DNA of 64,000 bases. It comes from Eledone cirrhosa (Eukaryota). Position 1 is the first letter of the stretch, and each line of letters begins with the position of its first letter. Below the pieces are notes generated by a model that saw only the letters and a program-made list of their open reading frames with translations, was not told the origin of the DNA and made no database searches. The translations under genes were made by a program, and so were the position numbers. Positions 24,667-39,205 of the stretch are shown here, piece by piece. The stretch lies in the NCBI GenBank assembly GCA_964016885.1, contig OZ024746.1:69626001-69690000 (forward strand). Direction: 5' to 3'.

Positions 24667-25845
24667 ACATAAGCACAAACGCTCTTAACACACACATACA
24701 CACTCAGATGTAAACTTTCACTTTTTTCTTTCTCATTACACTTGTGTGTGGAAGTGACTCTGGCTAACTGACTGTTGATTGTTGAGGGTCAGATGTGTTT
24801 TCATTACTGAGCTAAGGTTATACTAATTAACTGTCTGTTGAGCGTATGAGATGCCACATCTCTGATTCCTAACAGTCTGTCAGCCAGCGTCTCCTTAGCC
24901 AAGCAGTAAAAACACACCTCTGGTCTGAAGTAGTCAGCAATCTTTCAGTCAGTGTCACCATAGCCGAGCAGTGAAAACACACCTCTGGTCTTTGTAGTGA
25001 TGGGGGTCACCATTATGTAGCGAATAGATGTATTCTTTGCAGGATGAATGATAATAAGAATGATGCAAGAATTGTGATGTTGACAATGTTTATTTTATAA
25101 TAACAAAATTCACTTGGTACATCGAATATCGAGTGGTATATACGTTTATCATAGTTGTCTTTTGACAGGACAATGGTGAGAATTCCGAATAATAGGTGGT
25201 TTTAGAGGCAAGAAATTTTAGGTTCGGTTTCGAATCTTCGCCAGGTAAAACATAGTAGAATTCTGTTACATCTTCATTAGTCAACAATTTTTTAGCCAGT
25301 GTCACCTTGGCTAGGCTGTGTAAACACACCTCTGGTACTCAGTAATCAGCAATCTTTTAGCTAGTGTCACCATAGCTGAGTAGGAAAAATACTTGTAAAT
25401 ACTTGTAAATATTGCTGAGATTCACGCTGCTGTTTATCCTAGTCACATCATCATCATCATCACCTTCTTCATCCCCACCATCATTATCGTTCTCATTATC
25501 CTCATTATCATTACCACCAACACCACCACCACCAGTACCAATACCACCGTCATCCTCCTCACCCATCACCACTATCATCTCTACACCAACATCATCCCAC
25601 CACCACCACCACCATAAACCTACTACCATCACCCTACCAACAGGAATAATATCACTCTACCACCACCACCACCACCCTCACCCCATCATCTCCACTACCA
25701 CGATCATCCCACGCTCACCCGCATCAACCCCACCTCCACCACCACCATATACATAGAAGTGTTCAGTTCATTATTCCACCTCCCCAAATCTTACCATGTT
25801 GATGTTAACAATTTATGGAATAATTCAACTTCCAACTATCATCTG

Positions 25846-27061
25846 TTAACCAGATGATAGTTCTGGCTGACCAGATGATAGCTAAGGCTGACCAGATGGT
25901 AGCTATCGTTGACCAGATGGTAGTTATGGCTGACCAGATAGTAGCTATGGCTGACCAGATGATAGCTATGGCTGACCAGATGATAGCTATGGCTGACCAG
26001 ATGGTAGCTATGGCTGACCAGATGGAAGCTATGGCTGACTAGATGGTAGTTATGGCTGACCAGATGGTAGCTATGGCTGACCAGATGGTAGCTATGGCTA
26101 ACTAGATGGTAGCTATGGCTGACCAGATGATAGCTATGGCTGACCAGATGGAAGCTATGGCTGACCAGATGGTAGCTATGGCTGACCAGATGGTAGCTAT
26201 GTATGACTAGATGGTAGCTATGGCTGACCAGATGGTAGCTATGGCTGACCAGATGGAAGCTGTGGCTGACTAGATGGTAGCTATGTATGACTAGATGGTA
26301 GCTATGGCTGACTAGATGGTAGCTATGGCTGACTAGATGATAGCTATGTATGACCAGGTGGTAGCTATGTATGACCAGATGGTAGCTGTGGCTGACTAGA
26401 TGGTAGCTATGGCTGACCAGATGGTAGCTATGTATGACTAGATGGTAGCTATGGCTGACCAGATGGTAGCTATGTATGACTAGATGGTAGCTATGGCTGA
26501 CCAGATGGTAGCTATGTATGACTAGATGGTAGCTATGTATGACTAGATGGTAACAGTGACTGACTAGATGGTAACTGTGACTGACTAGATGGTAGCTATG
26601 GATGACTAGATGGTAGCTGTGGCTGACTAGATGGCAGCTATGGCTGACCAGATGATAGCTATGGCTGACCAGATGATAGCTATGTATGACTAGATGGTAG
26701 CTATGGCTGACTAGATGGTAGCTATGGCTGACTAGATGGTAGCTGTGACTGACTAGATGGTAGCTATGTATGACTAGATGGTAGCTATGTATGACCAGAT
26801 GGTAGCTATGTATGACCAGATGGTAGCTATGTATGACTAGATGGTAGCTATGTATGACTAGATGGTAGCTATGTATGACTAGATGGTAGCTATGTATGAC
26901 TAGATGGTAGCTATGGATGACTATATGGTAACTGTGACTGACTATATGGTAGCTATGGCTGACTAGATGGTAGCTATGGATGACTAGATGATAGCTATGG
27001 ATGACCAGGTGGTAGCTATGTATTACCAGATGGTAGCTATGGCTGACCAGATGGTAGCTAT
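25846..27061. repeat. 21-bp minisatellite, second array
   Basis: Same unit as 18635-19825. Confidence 0.97.
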
Positions 27062-27851
27062 ATCGTCCAAAACAAGTGAAATTTTGTACACAGAATCTGT
27101 GTAAAAAGCCTATCAGAGGAACTGCCATGTACTAGGGTCGTATACATTAATTCATTGCTTGGTTTAACATCACAGCTTATCCTTTGATTCTGGCAAGAGT
27201 TTTGACCGACAGATAGTACCAGTGATAGAAAGACCCATAGAAATATAGTTCCGTTGGTCCTTCTTCTGTCAGGAGATGTGACCAGTAGATAATATCAGTA
27301 ATAGAAAGACCAATAGAAACATCCTTTCCTTAGTGCGATATTAAGATCATCTTTCTTCTGTCTGGAGTTTTGACCGGCAGATAGTACCAGAAATATAGTT
27401 TCCTTGGTCTGATCTTCGTCTTTTTTTATGTTGGGAGTACCATGGCTCTTGAGTAGAGTTAAGAGAGAATTCGGTGGGAGTCCGTGATATAAAGATAACT
27501 TCATCTCTTCCATCCATCAATCTCGGAGATCCTGAAAAAAAAGTCGCCGGCCTCTCATTTTTCTCCTCTGTAAAAGAAAAAACCAACATTCCAATCATTG
27601 GTGGTATTTCAATTGCCCACTTCCATAAAAGCTAAAATAATATATGAATCGTTTCTGTAAAATGGCAGATACAATATTTTCTGGAATGGTCAAACCACTT
27701 GAAAAGTGTTTTAGTCAGAATATGAATTTAAATTCCATCGTGCCCTACTTTGACTTTCATCCTTCCGGTGCTACTAAAATAAAATAGAAGTCAAGAGTAG
27801 GAAATTGGCAGAATTTCTCGAACGTCGAATTATTTCATATATATATATATA

Positions 27852-28552
27852 CTAGTAGAGGAACCCGGCGTTGCTCGGATATTAAATAGCTGTTGTGTAT
27901 ACCATTTATGTCAATACTTCAGTGCTGCTTCGAAAACTATACTTTTACAAAATCATCGGCTTTTTCCAAAAGGGGGTTCCTGCCCCCCGGGACCCCCTAC
28001 CCAATATGTGCCAATTCTGAGAGTTCACGTTCATCTGTAGGACAAACTTAGCCCATGTGTCAAGTTTTGTGAAAATCGGTTGCGAACTCCAGAAGTTATG
28101 ACGTTTTGTTACATTGCACTGCAGTGCTTCAATCGACTCCAAGGAAGTGGTTAAAGTGGTTATCTGCCGGGGGGGGGGGCTATAATCAATATCTGGAAAA
28201 ATGACAGTGCCCATGACCATCCAGAGTACATAAGTAACCTATGTCTTAAGTTTGGTGAAAATACTGTAGAAATGCATAAGGCTTATACATACGCGCGTGC
28301 GTTCGTGTGTGTGTGTGGGGGGGGGGGGGTATGTATTTGTGTGTGCGTATGTATGTGTATGTCCGTCGGGGCATACGTATGTACTGGCCTAAATCTTAAC
28401 TATTTACTTTTACTATTTTAATAACCTCTATCATTTTCGGGTCATTCTGCATAACTGTGTAAATTTTCGCTGCATTCCACCAAGCCGTTTCGACGTTTAT
28501 CCGACTACACCTACATATACAACGTCCGGCCACTTCCAATTTATATAGTAGA
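27852..28552 (-). mobile_element. Non-autonomous Helitron
   Basis: Minus strand A|TCTACTATATAAA at the 5' end, subterminal hairpin CCGAGCAACGCCGGG, and CTAG|T at the 3' end. No target-site duplication. Confidence 0.85.
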
Positions 28553-29418
28553 TTTGTTTATATATGAATGACAAAAAGAAAAGTACAAAACTATACATGA
28601 ATTGTTTCTACTAAACCTTCAATTTAAGACACAACCTACATATTTGATAGGACTCCAGCTCACATCTTCTTCTTCTTCTTCTTCTTCTTCTTCTTCTTCT
28701 CTTCTTCTTCTTCTTCTTCTTCTTCTTTTGCTCCCCCTGGAACATTGGGCTGCGAGCCACCCCCACACAACGCCATGTTCTGAGTCTGCTTTTCAACTCC
28801 ACCGTGATGCACAGTGCGTCATGGTGCATCTAACCATTTTTTTAGGTCTTACTACGGCTGATTTCTTCCAGAGAGAAAGAGATGGAAAAAGGCAGAGATT
28901 CATCCCCGGAGGAGGAATAATAAAAAATGTTTACACTGCACATTTCATTTTTTTCAAAGCTAAAGCTGCCGATCCAAAATCAGTAATTCAACTCCCTGAA
29001 AACTTTCAAATATATGCTGTTCTAGCATGAATATTATGCTAAGGATAAGCTGTCCACAAAGTAAGATTTACTTGCATATCCCCGCGCATATAAACATAAA
29101 TACATGCATACATACATTACAGTTGATATTTTTTTTTATTAAAGCGTTTTCATATTATATATATATATATATATATATAAGTCAATTGCATGAACATAAG
29201 TCAAGTGCATGAACTCAATCCTTTATTTAGTGCTTTATTTGTATGAAATTGTAAATAAGACAAAAGTATTAGAACAGGGGGAAATAACTCACCGAACACG
29301 ATAGTTTTGGGGCCCCAGGGACCACATTTTTCAAGTTAAATATTTGAAACCTCGTCTATTTGCTTCCTTGGCACTTTTTACATAGGTGTGTAAATTTTCA
29401 TGTCAGTCCGACCACGTC

Positions 29419-29580
<162 letters not shown>

Positions 29581-29699
29581 TTACGGTAAATATTGATGCA
29601 ATTCAATTCAAGCACTCAACGTACTTATTCCACATAGGAGTGGCGGAGTAAATATCGAATAAGGAAAAGCGAGGTAGTTTCAGATGTTCAAGTCTTTTA

Positions 29700-29895
29700 A
29701 TAATAATTGTTTCTATTTTAGGCACAAGGCCAGCAATTAACCAGTACATTACTGGTACTTTATTTTATCGACCCCGTAAGGAGGAAAGGCAAAGTTAACC
29801 TCGGCGGGATTTGAACTCAGATCATAAAGGGACGTAACTCTATGCTTCAAAGCATGGTGTCCGACTCTCTACCGATACTGCCAATCCACCGCCCT
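29700..29895 (-). mobile_element. tRNA-derived SINE, full length
   Basis: Reverse complement of the 11562 family, with boxes A and B. Confidence 0.88.
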
Positions 29896-30176
29896 AACGT
29901 CTTTTAATAATAATGCTGTGATATATATTTCAATCGCCATTGAAATATATATCACAGCATTATTTACCAGTAATGCACTGGGTAATTGCTGGCCTTGTGC
30001 CTAAAGTAGAAACAATTATTATTAAAAGACTTTCATCCTTACGGGGTCGATAAAATAAAGTACCAGTAATGTACTGAGTAATTGCTGGCCTTGTGCCAAA
30101 AGTAGAAACAATTATTATTAAAAGACTTGAACATGTGAAACTACTTCACTTTTCCTTCTTCTATATACATATATAC

Positions 30177-30242
<66 letters not shown>

Positions 30243-30431
30243 ATAATAATAAATTTGAAGACTAAAATCCAAAGAGGGCTCGATAAGGATAAATGTATAT
30301 CAAATATATAAGAACCGTAGAGCAAATATTTATTAAAATAACAGATTAAAGTTTAAGCAAAGAATCGCTGCTTTCACCCTTAACGGGATCTTCTGAAACC
30401 AACAAAGTCAATCTGTAAACGCAGAAGTATA

Positions 30432-30554
<123 letters not shown>

Positions 30555-31249
30555 TGGTACTTAAGCAATAATTAACTAGTAATACTATTTCAAAGATATA
30601 TGTATGATACGTGATATATCATATTTATTTAGCATTGATGAATCAGTTACTTAAAGACTAGTTTGAAATGGAGCTTGCATTTCACATCTGATCTGGGCCT
30701 ATGACCTTTTTCGACGTCTAGATTTTACATCTAGTGTGAGCCTATTACCCTCTCCGATGTCTACATTTTACATCTGGTCTGAGTCTATTACACTCTCCAA
30801 AGACAACATTGTACATCTGGTGTAGGCTTATTAGCCGCTCCGAGGTCTACATTTAGTCTGGGCTTTGCACAGGTGTGTGCATGCATAAACATCTGACGTA
30901 CATACACACGCCTAGCGTATCTTAACACACACATGTGTATATACACGCACTTACAAAAGTCTGGTGTACATATACAAATGCACAAGTCTGGTATACATAG
31001 GCGTCTAGCGTATGTAAAAAGTTTGATGCATATAAATCTCACTTTCAATATAGTCTCACATATCATGTAGCTCCCCCCACACACACACGCATATACACAC
31101 ACATAAACACAAACACAGACACACACAGACGTACAGACACACACACACTCACACACATTCACCGACACACAGACACACATCCATACACAGACAGACATAC
31201 ACCTACACAGACGTGACACACACACACACACACGCACACGCACACACGC

Positions 31250-31291
<42 letters not shown>

Positions 31292-31555
31292 CACTGATTC
31301 TGATAAAAGTCAACAATCTAGAATTGCCTCGCTTATCCTTCACAGTCTGATCTCCCTTCCTCACCTCTCTCTCCCCCTCGTCTTCTATTCCATCAACCCA
31401 TGCAGTGGGCGTCGACTTTCTAACAGCCATTTCTGGGTCTGCACAGCTGCTTGAAGCAAAAACAAATTGGGCTATAATAACAATGAGTACTTTAATGTTA
31501 TAGAACATATCTTGCATATAGAATTACAGTCGACTTGCATCAGTTTAAGCGAAAC

Positions 31556-31819
31556 ATTAACGGTTCCAATACTTTTATGCAAACCTGCCTAAAAACCCGC
31601 TCTGGTTCTACAAAACAGAATCCGCCCAATTTTTAACGGTTCCTAATTAAATTAAAATATTCCTACATAATTTGATATAAGTACCATTTGTTAAGTTATG
31701 TTACAAATACCAACTTGATAATGAAATAATTATTAATTTTAATAAATTTCTCCAAATTCTTTATTAATTATCTGAAACAAAGTGTATTTCATTAGAAATA
31801 TGGCCGCGAAAGGTTTAAT
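31556..31819 (-). mobile_element. Decayed TTAA-flanked MITE; relative at 62274-62626 (+)
   Basis: Minus end TTAAACCTTTCGCGGCCATATTTCTAATGAAATACAC matches TTAACCCTTTCATTGCCATATTTCTAATGAAAGACAC at 62274. TTAA-CCC ends are piggyBac-like. Confidence 0.55.
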
Positions 31820-32268
31820 CTTATGGTCTTGGGTGTATGTGTTTGTGAAGAGTGTCAAGGACTTTCCAACTGAGTGGGCTCAAGCAACGTGATATAAAGT
31901 GTCTTCCTAAAGAACACAACGAGCCATCAGGAATCGAACACTCGCACAATAAGCCATACGCCATCACTAGGAATTTAAAACTTGGCAGAGCCCAGGCTTC
32001 TCTGGGTCTGATCGCAGCCAATAATTCTAGAAGGAGAGAAATTGATAAAGAATCTCCCCCATTACTGGATTAGTATTTTATTTTATCGACCTCGAAAGAA
32101 TGAAAGGCAAAGTTGTCTTTGGTGGGATTTGAACTGAGAACACAGAGAACCAGAACAGACATTAGAAATCATTCTAGCTGACGTTCTAACGACTCAGCCA
32201 CTTCGTTCTCTTGGTTCACACCTACACCCACACAAATATATAATGAAGGGCGTTCACTATCATGTGCG

Positions 32269-32334
<66 letters not shown>

Positions 32335-32436
32335 CTCAAATATAAAAATATATATAACATATATATGTTTGTGAGTCTGTGAGAGTGTATGTGTTTATAT
32401 ATATAAACCATATCATATCATTAAGTTATTAAAAAG

Positions 32437-32655
32437 GGCGGTGAGTTTGGCAGTCTCGGTAGAGGTTCAAACGCCATGCTTTGCAGCATAGAATTACGGC
32501 CCTTTATGAGCTGAGTTCAAATCCCGCCGATGTTAACTTTGCCTTTCATCCTTACGGGGTCGATAAAATAAAGTACCAGTCATGAACTGGTGTCGATTTA
32601 ATCGACTTTCACCTCCTCCAAAATTGCTGGCCTTGTGCCTATATAAGAAAGCATC
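32437..32655 (+). mobile_element. tRNA-derived SINE, full length
   Basis: GGCGGTGAG head, box B, core and tail. Confidence 0.88.
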
Positions 32656-32666
32656 ATTAAGTTATT

Positions 32667-32707
<41 letters not shown>

Positions 32708-32867
32708 GCGCGCGCATATATATATAATATGTATATCCGTATGTGGTTTACGGTTGAGAGAAAGGAGTACTCAATACCGAAGTAGAGTTTTAACATTCGT
32801 TTTTATTAAGGATAAAAACTGAATCTTGTTAATCTGGAGTTTCGCATGTATGTATGTATTATGTATT

Positions 32868-33280
32868 ATCCGGGAGAGATGACCCCTTAGCCTTTGTCAA
32901 GGCAGAATTCTAGGAGAAGGAAAACTCTGATATAACACCTGCAACCCTGATGGTATCCAATGATGTTGACTTGTTCTTCTTTTTGGTAAATATCATCTTG
33001 GTTAAGAGAGTGGGACTGGCTTTGTGCAGTGCCTTTGCTCACTATAAAAGCTTCACGGCACAGACATTGCTTTATATCTGGAGATCTCTCTTCACTTGTC
33101 GTCACATGGTACCATGGGCCCAGCACTATGTGTCAGTAATTGTCACAAGTGTAGTGTTTGTACCAGAGTGTTCAAGTCGCTGGCTGGACTAAAAAGTCAC
33201 ACTTGTTCAGCGCATCGGTAGGGGTTCTCCTACATGGATATAAAGAAGTGGCCGTACTTGAAAGCGAGTTGGCAGCCACC
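32868..33280 (+). mobile_element. Dispersed repeat resembling an RTE-clade 5'UTR; related copy at 40530-40790 (-)
   Basis: Shared GCCTTTGTCA.GGCA..TTCTAGGAGAAGG.AA and AGAGA.TGGGA.TGGCT..GTGCA motifs. The RTE assignment is from recall. Confidence 0.55.
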
Positions 33281-33898
33281 ATGTATGTATGTATGTATGT
33301 ATGTATGTATGTATGTATGTATGTATGTATGTGTATGTGTTTGGATATATATATATCGAAAATTAAATTAAGGGTGTGTATATGAAAGCATATATGATAT
33401 GTTTGAGCATAATAAACATACGACCATCTCGCTATGAATTTTTTTTTAAGCCGTGAACATGTCACAGCTTACATAAATACATATATGTATGTACATAATA
33501 GCCACTGCATGTATATCTATGTAACCTATACATAAATTACAAATTATATATAATATATTTAGTACTGATTACCAAAATACTCAATGAGCCGTTTGAAATG
33601 GAGTATATATTTCACATCTGACATAGCTTTGTTGGGGTAGGGTTACATTTAAAATCTAGCATGAACCTATTTAAAGGCCTACATTTCACATCTAGACAGG
33701 ACGTAATACCAGTTTCAGAAGGCTACATTTCACAGCTGAACTGGGCCTATTACCAGTTTTATAGGGCTAGATTTCACATCGGGACTGGGCCGATTACCAA
33801 CGTTACACGGGCTTGATTACAATATTCATAAAAATAACGTTGATATTGTTAAGCTATCTATGGACAGACGATAAGAACGCTGAATGGCGTCCATTATT

Positions 33899-34480
33899 TG
33901 ATTGGTGGATTGGCAGTATCGGTAGAGGGTCGGACGCCATGCTTTGACGCATAGAGTTACGACCCTTGTCATTCTGAGTTCAAATCCCGCCGAGGTAAAC
34001 TTTGCCTTTCATCCTTACGGGGTCGATAAAATAAAGTACCAGTAATGTACTGGGTAATTGTGGCCTTGTGCCAAAAGTAGAAACAATTATTTGATTGGTG
34101 GATTGGCAGTATCGGTAGAGAGTCGGACGCCATGCTTTCCAGCATAGTTACGTCCCTTTACGATCTGAGTTCAAATCCCGCCGAGGTTGACTTTGCCTTT
34201 CATCCTTACGGGGTCGATAAAATAAAGTACCAGTAATGCACTGGGTAATTGCTGGCCTTGTGCCTAAAGTAGAAACAATTATTTGATTGGATTGGCAGTA
34301 TCGGTAGAGGGTCGGACGCCATGCTTTGACGCATTGAGTTACGGCCCTTGCCATTCTGAGTTCAAATCCCGCCGAGGTTAACTTTGCCTTTCATCCTTAC
34401 GGGGTCGATAAAATAAAGTACCAGTAATACACTGGGTAATTGGTGGCCTTGTGCCAAAAAAGTTGAAACAATTATTTGAT
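33899..34480 (+). mobile_element. Head-to-tail trimer of the tRNA-derived SINE
   Basis: Three ~192-bp units joined by ATTATTTGATTGG. Confidence 0.92.
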
Positions 34481-35029
34481 AAAGCGAAATTAACTAAGCA
34501 AATATGGAAAGGAAAATGAACATTAGAAACATTATTTTCATTAAATTCTCATACAGTGTTGTTGTGGTGGTAGTGGGCGCATATTTTTAAACAAAAAATA
34601 TTAGACTAAACAATAACTGCAAGCACACGAATATGCAGAAGATATCTGATAAGACTCCATGCATCAGTCAGTATCCTTTTACCATTTCAACTTCAGCAAC
34701 AGAATCGTATACTGTTAAGTGATAGAAAGATTGTTCTGGGAGAATAGATCCTAAGATATACACGATATAAAGTAGAGAGCTGAGTACAAGTAAAGAAAAT
34801 AAAAAAATAAAAGAAGCTAGGGTGAGTGGGTGTATATTAAGATGGTAAAAGATGGAAAACACATAAGTAGTATATTAAATAAACATACTCGAAACCCTTA
34901 TCGAATTTCGTAATTAAAATAGCAGAAATTTAAGATTTTTTAATGCTATATTTCTGGCAGTGTTGGAAACTAGTTTTAAATCAATGGCATTTTTTTCTCT
35001 GAGAATGATAGAAGGTAGAATGTCGAGAT

Positions 35030-35236
35030 AATTGTAAGTTCCAATTGAAACACAAGGGCAGGAAATTTAAAGGAAAGGAAAAGTCGATTAAATCGAGCCC
35101 AGTACTTAACAGGTACTTTATTTTATCGACTCCCGAAAGAATAAAAAGCAAAGTTGAACTCAGAACGTAAATAGTGGGAACAAATTCCGTAAGGCATTTG
35201 TCCGACACCCTAGCAACTCTGCCAACCCACCGCCCT
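35030..35236 (-). mobile_element. tRNA-derived SINE, diverged
   Basis: Reverse complement of the family core and head. Confidence 0.75.
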
Positions 35237-35900
35237 AACAAATCTGTGAATGCACCATCCTAACAATTCCGTCGATCCACCGCCCTCGACTGACAACAAA
35301 TATAACGTAAGAAAGAGACTGGTTGACGTATAACTGTGAAGACATGCTGACTGAATAAGAAACCTTCAGATTCGTTAGACTATGGATTAAATACCTAGGT
35401 ATTTATTCTGGCTCTCTGATTCAAATTCTAATTAAAATCCCGTTGAGTTCGACTTTGCCTTTCATTTTTTCTAGGTCGATAAATAAAGTGTCAATTTAGG
35501 GGTGGTGTGTTGGTTGAATTGTTCAAGATACAGACGAGATGCCTTTTGTGGTACCTGATCCTGTTCTGTGCGTTCTGGGTTCAAATCCCGCGTCCTGTCC
35601 GGAATTGCGACCAGCATATAGTATCATGAATAATATATATATATATCATAAATCATGTCCTTAGAATTATTAGATAAAATATATACCATTTCCTCTCCCA
35701 ATTAGAATAATTAACCATATAAAAAATCAATTAGACCAAGCTCTTATGAAGAAACCTCCAACAAATAACCGAAAGTGGCCTCTTCGCGGTGGCCCCAATA
35801 GAGTATTTATCCAACATTTCGACAGCATGTAGAAACTGACTAAATATACCATCAACCATACACAATTAGGTGTAAAATTAAACTTAGAAGAAATGTGTAC

Positions 35901-35949
<49 letters not shown>

Positions 35950-36169
35950 AAAAGTCGGGGCCCGACAGCTGACTTCTTGACGTTCCAGCATATAGTTCCG
36001 ATCTGGGACTAGAAGACTACCAGTTGAAACGGTAAGAGCTCATCCATCGGGTCCTGACTCTTTATTATATACCCATACTCTACGCCCCCCCACCCACCCA
36101 CCCACACACCCACACACACCCCACCCAAGTATCGAGTACTCTGTTGAGTAATCGTCTAACTAGTTCTAT

Positions 36170-36225
<56 letters not shown>

Positions 36226-36227
<2 letters not shown>

Positions 36228-36411
36228 CGAAGGAAATGTGGTAAGGAACCAGGTGGACCATAACGCACCAAAGTACTCAATACTTGAGGTAGTAGAGTGG
36301 GTAATAGGAACCAGTAAGACCCCTACAGCTGAGCTCAAGCCGTTTCGACGGCTAATTCAGAATTAGCCGTCGAAACGGCTTGAGCTCAGCTGTCGGGGTC
36401 TTACTGGTTCC

Positions 36412-36412
<1 letters not shown>
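36226..36412. mobile_element. (TA)n-embedded element ending in a ~110-bp near-perfect palindrome (36304-36414)
   Basis: GGAACCAGTAAGACCCC.ACAGCTGAGCTCAAGCCGTTTCGACGGCTAATTC, then A, then the reverse complement. Confidence 0.85.
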
Positions 36413-36445
<33 letters not shown>

Positions 36446-36486
36446 ATAAAGAAGAAATTAAAAGATGGTTAAAAGAGTTCCATATA

Positions 36487-36552
36487 TTTTATTATGCGCA
36501 TTTCGAATACAAAATCATCCTGGGACAAAAATTGTGTTCTCATCAGATAAAA
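36487..36552 (-). ncRNA. Type I hammerhead ribozyme with a complete core
   Basis: TTTTAT-CTGATGA-GAACACAA..TTGTATTC-GAAA-TGCGCA-TA-ATAAAA: 6-bp stem I, stem II, palindromic stem III (ATGCGCAT), AUA cleavage triplet. Lies inside ~40-bp inverted repeats (36441-36479 / 36592-36632). Confidence 0.75.
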
Positions 36553-36712
36553 TAGGCTAACATGATATGAGGCATAATAGCACTTTCCTGTAACTCTTTT
36601 AACCATCTTTTAATTTCTTCTTTATCATATATACTCCAGTTCTACCAACTGTTGAGTGCTACTTATCTGATATCTGCATAGTTATATTGTTCTACAATAT
36701 TACTCACCTTCT

Positions 36713-36769
<57 letters not shown>

Positions 36770-37368
36770 TAATACTGGAATTATGACGGAATTTAAAACA
36801 TTTTTATTAGTCTTAAACATGCTTCAACAAATGTAATGTGAAGAGAATGGTAAATGGACAATTTTCATTAAGCTACATTATAGTATATAGGAGTAAAACC
36901 GTATAGTAAGATTTGAGCGCAAAAACGAATACGCCATTATAAAATGTAACTTTACACTCCTTTTCTGTCAGAGACATTAAAAATATATATATTGTCAAAA
37001 ATATATATATTGTCAAATATATATATTCTCTCTCTCTCTTGTTATGATATTGCCAGAAATAATAATAAAGCACACTCACTGTTTGGTTTGATTGGTATTC
37101 GCTTCTGTATATTTTATATCCCTATAGTTAATTCAGTTGGCAATCAATGTTTATCATTGATTGACCAACGGTTAAAAATATAGATACAAATATATATATA
37201 TATACAGTATATAGTCTATCAAAGTTCTTTCATCACACACCTGTGACATGATCAAAAAACGGAAAAAGATATATATATATATATATAAGTAGACAAACAT
37301 AACAAAGCAAACGATACAGTAGATTGAAGAAATATATTAGTTTAATGCTTGAAATAACAGGAGAAGAG

Positions 37369-37404
37369 TCTTAACGTTTCGGACACTAGTCCTTCATCAG
37401 AAGA
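37369..37404 (-). ncRNA. Minimal type I hammerhead motif
   Basis: TCTT-CTGATGA-A-GGAC-TAGT-GTCC-GAAACGTT-AAGA. Confidence 0.65.
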
Positions 37405-37660
37405 TAAAATTAGAAAAAGATGATGAAATAGAAAGATAGAGAGTGAAAAGTTGAAGGGGCCTGATAAAAAGAAAAATGAGAAAATAAATAAGAAAAAAAA
37501 AACACGTACGTATTCAGTCAAGCATTTTAGAGATTTGCTGGTTAAAGGGTATCTTATGCGTTGGAGGGGTTAAGGAATGGAGGTATCACTGGCGTGAGAG
37601 GGGGTGGACATGGGGGTGGGCTGGGACACGAGGGCAGTTGCAATGGAGAGTTAATCACGG

Positions 37661-38510
<850 letters not shown>

Positions 38511-38710
38511 NNNNNNNNNNNNNNNNNNNNNNNNNNNNNNNNNNNNNNNNNNNNNNNNNNNNNNNNNNNNNNNNNNNNNNNNNNNNNNNNNNNNNNNNNN
38601 NNNNNNNNNNNNNNNNNNNNNNNNNNNNNNNNNNNNNNNNNNNNNNNNNNNNNNNNNNNNNNNNNNNNNNNNNNNNNNNNNNNNNNNNNNNNNNNNNNNN
38701 NNNNNNNNNN
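38511..38710. other. Assembly gap (200 N)
   Basis: Run of N. Confidence 1.
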
Positions 38711-38767
38711 CAGCTAGATCCGAATTCTGATCTAGCTGTCGAAACTCTGACTCTTTTCCTATATATA

Positions 38768-39110
38768 TCTATACTAATAAAGCTGACGGCCGTATGTATG
38801 TAACAAACCTTTCGCCAAACGGCTGAACCAAACGGCACTAAATTTGCACCATAGATGTAACTTTTTCCAAGTAAGAAAGTGAAGGTATTTTTATCTACTA
38901 AATTTTGTTAAAAGATTAAAGATATTATTTAAATATTCACTTCTTTCAAATTTTCAAATGTCAACACTTCCGGTTATACGACATTCCTCTCTCTTTCTTA
39001 GTCTGTCTTTTTTAGATAGATACATAGCTATAACGTCGCGCCCTTATAATATGTCTCTGTATGTCTGGCTGTCTGCATTATGTGTGTGTTTATATATATA
39101 TATATAGTGC

Positions 39111-39205
<95 letters not shown>

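Noticed and set aside
32950-33192. Hydrophobic ORF as a candidate downstream claudin exon
   Set aside because: Lies in a dispersed repeat also present at 40530-40790, with no convincing phase-1 acceptor.
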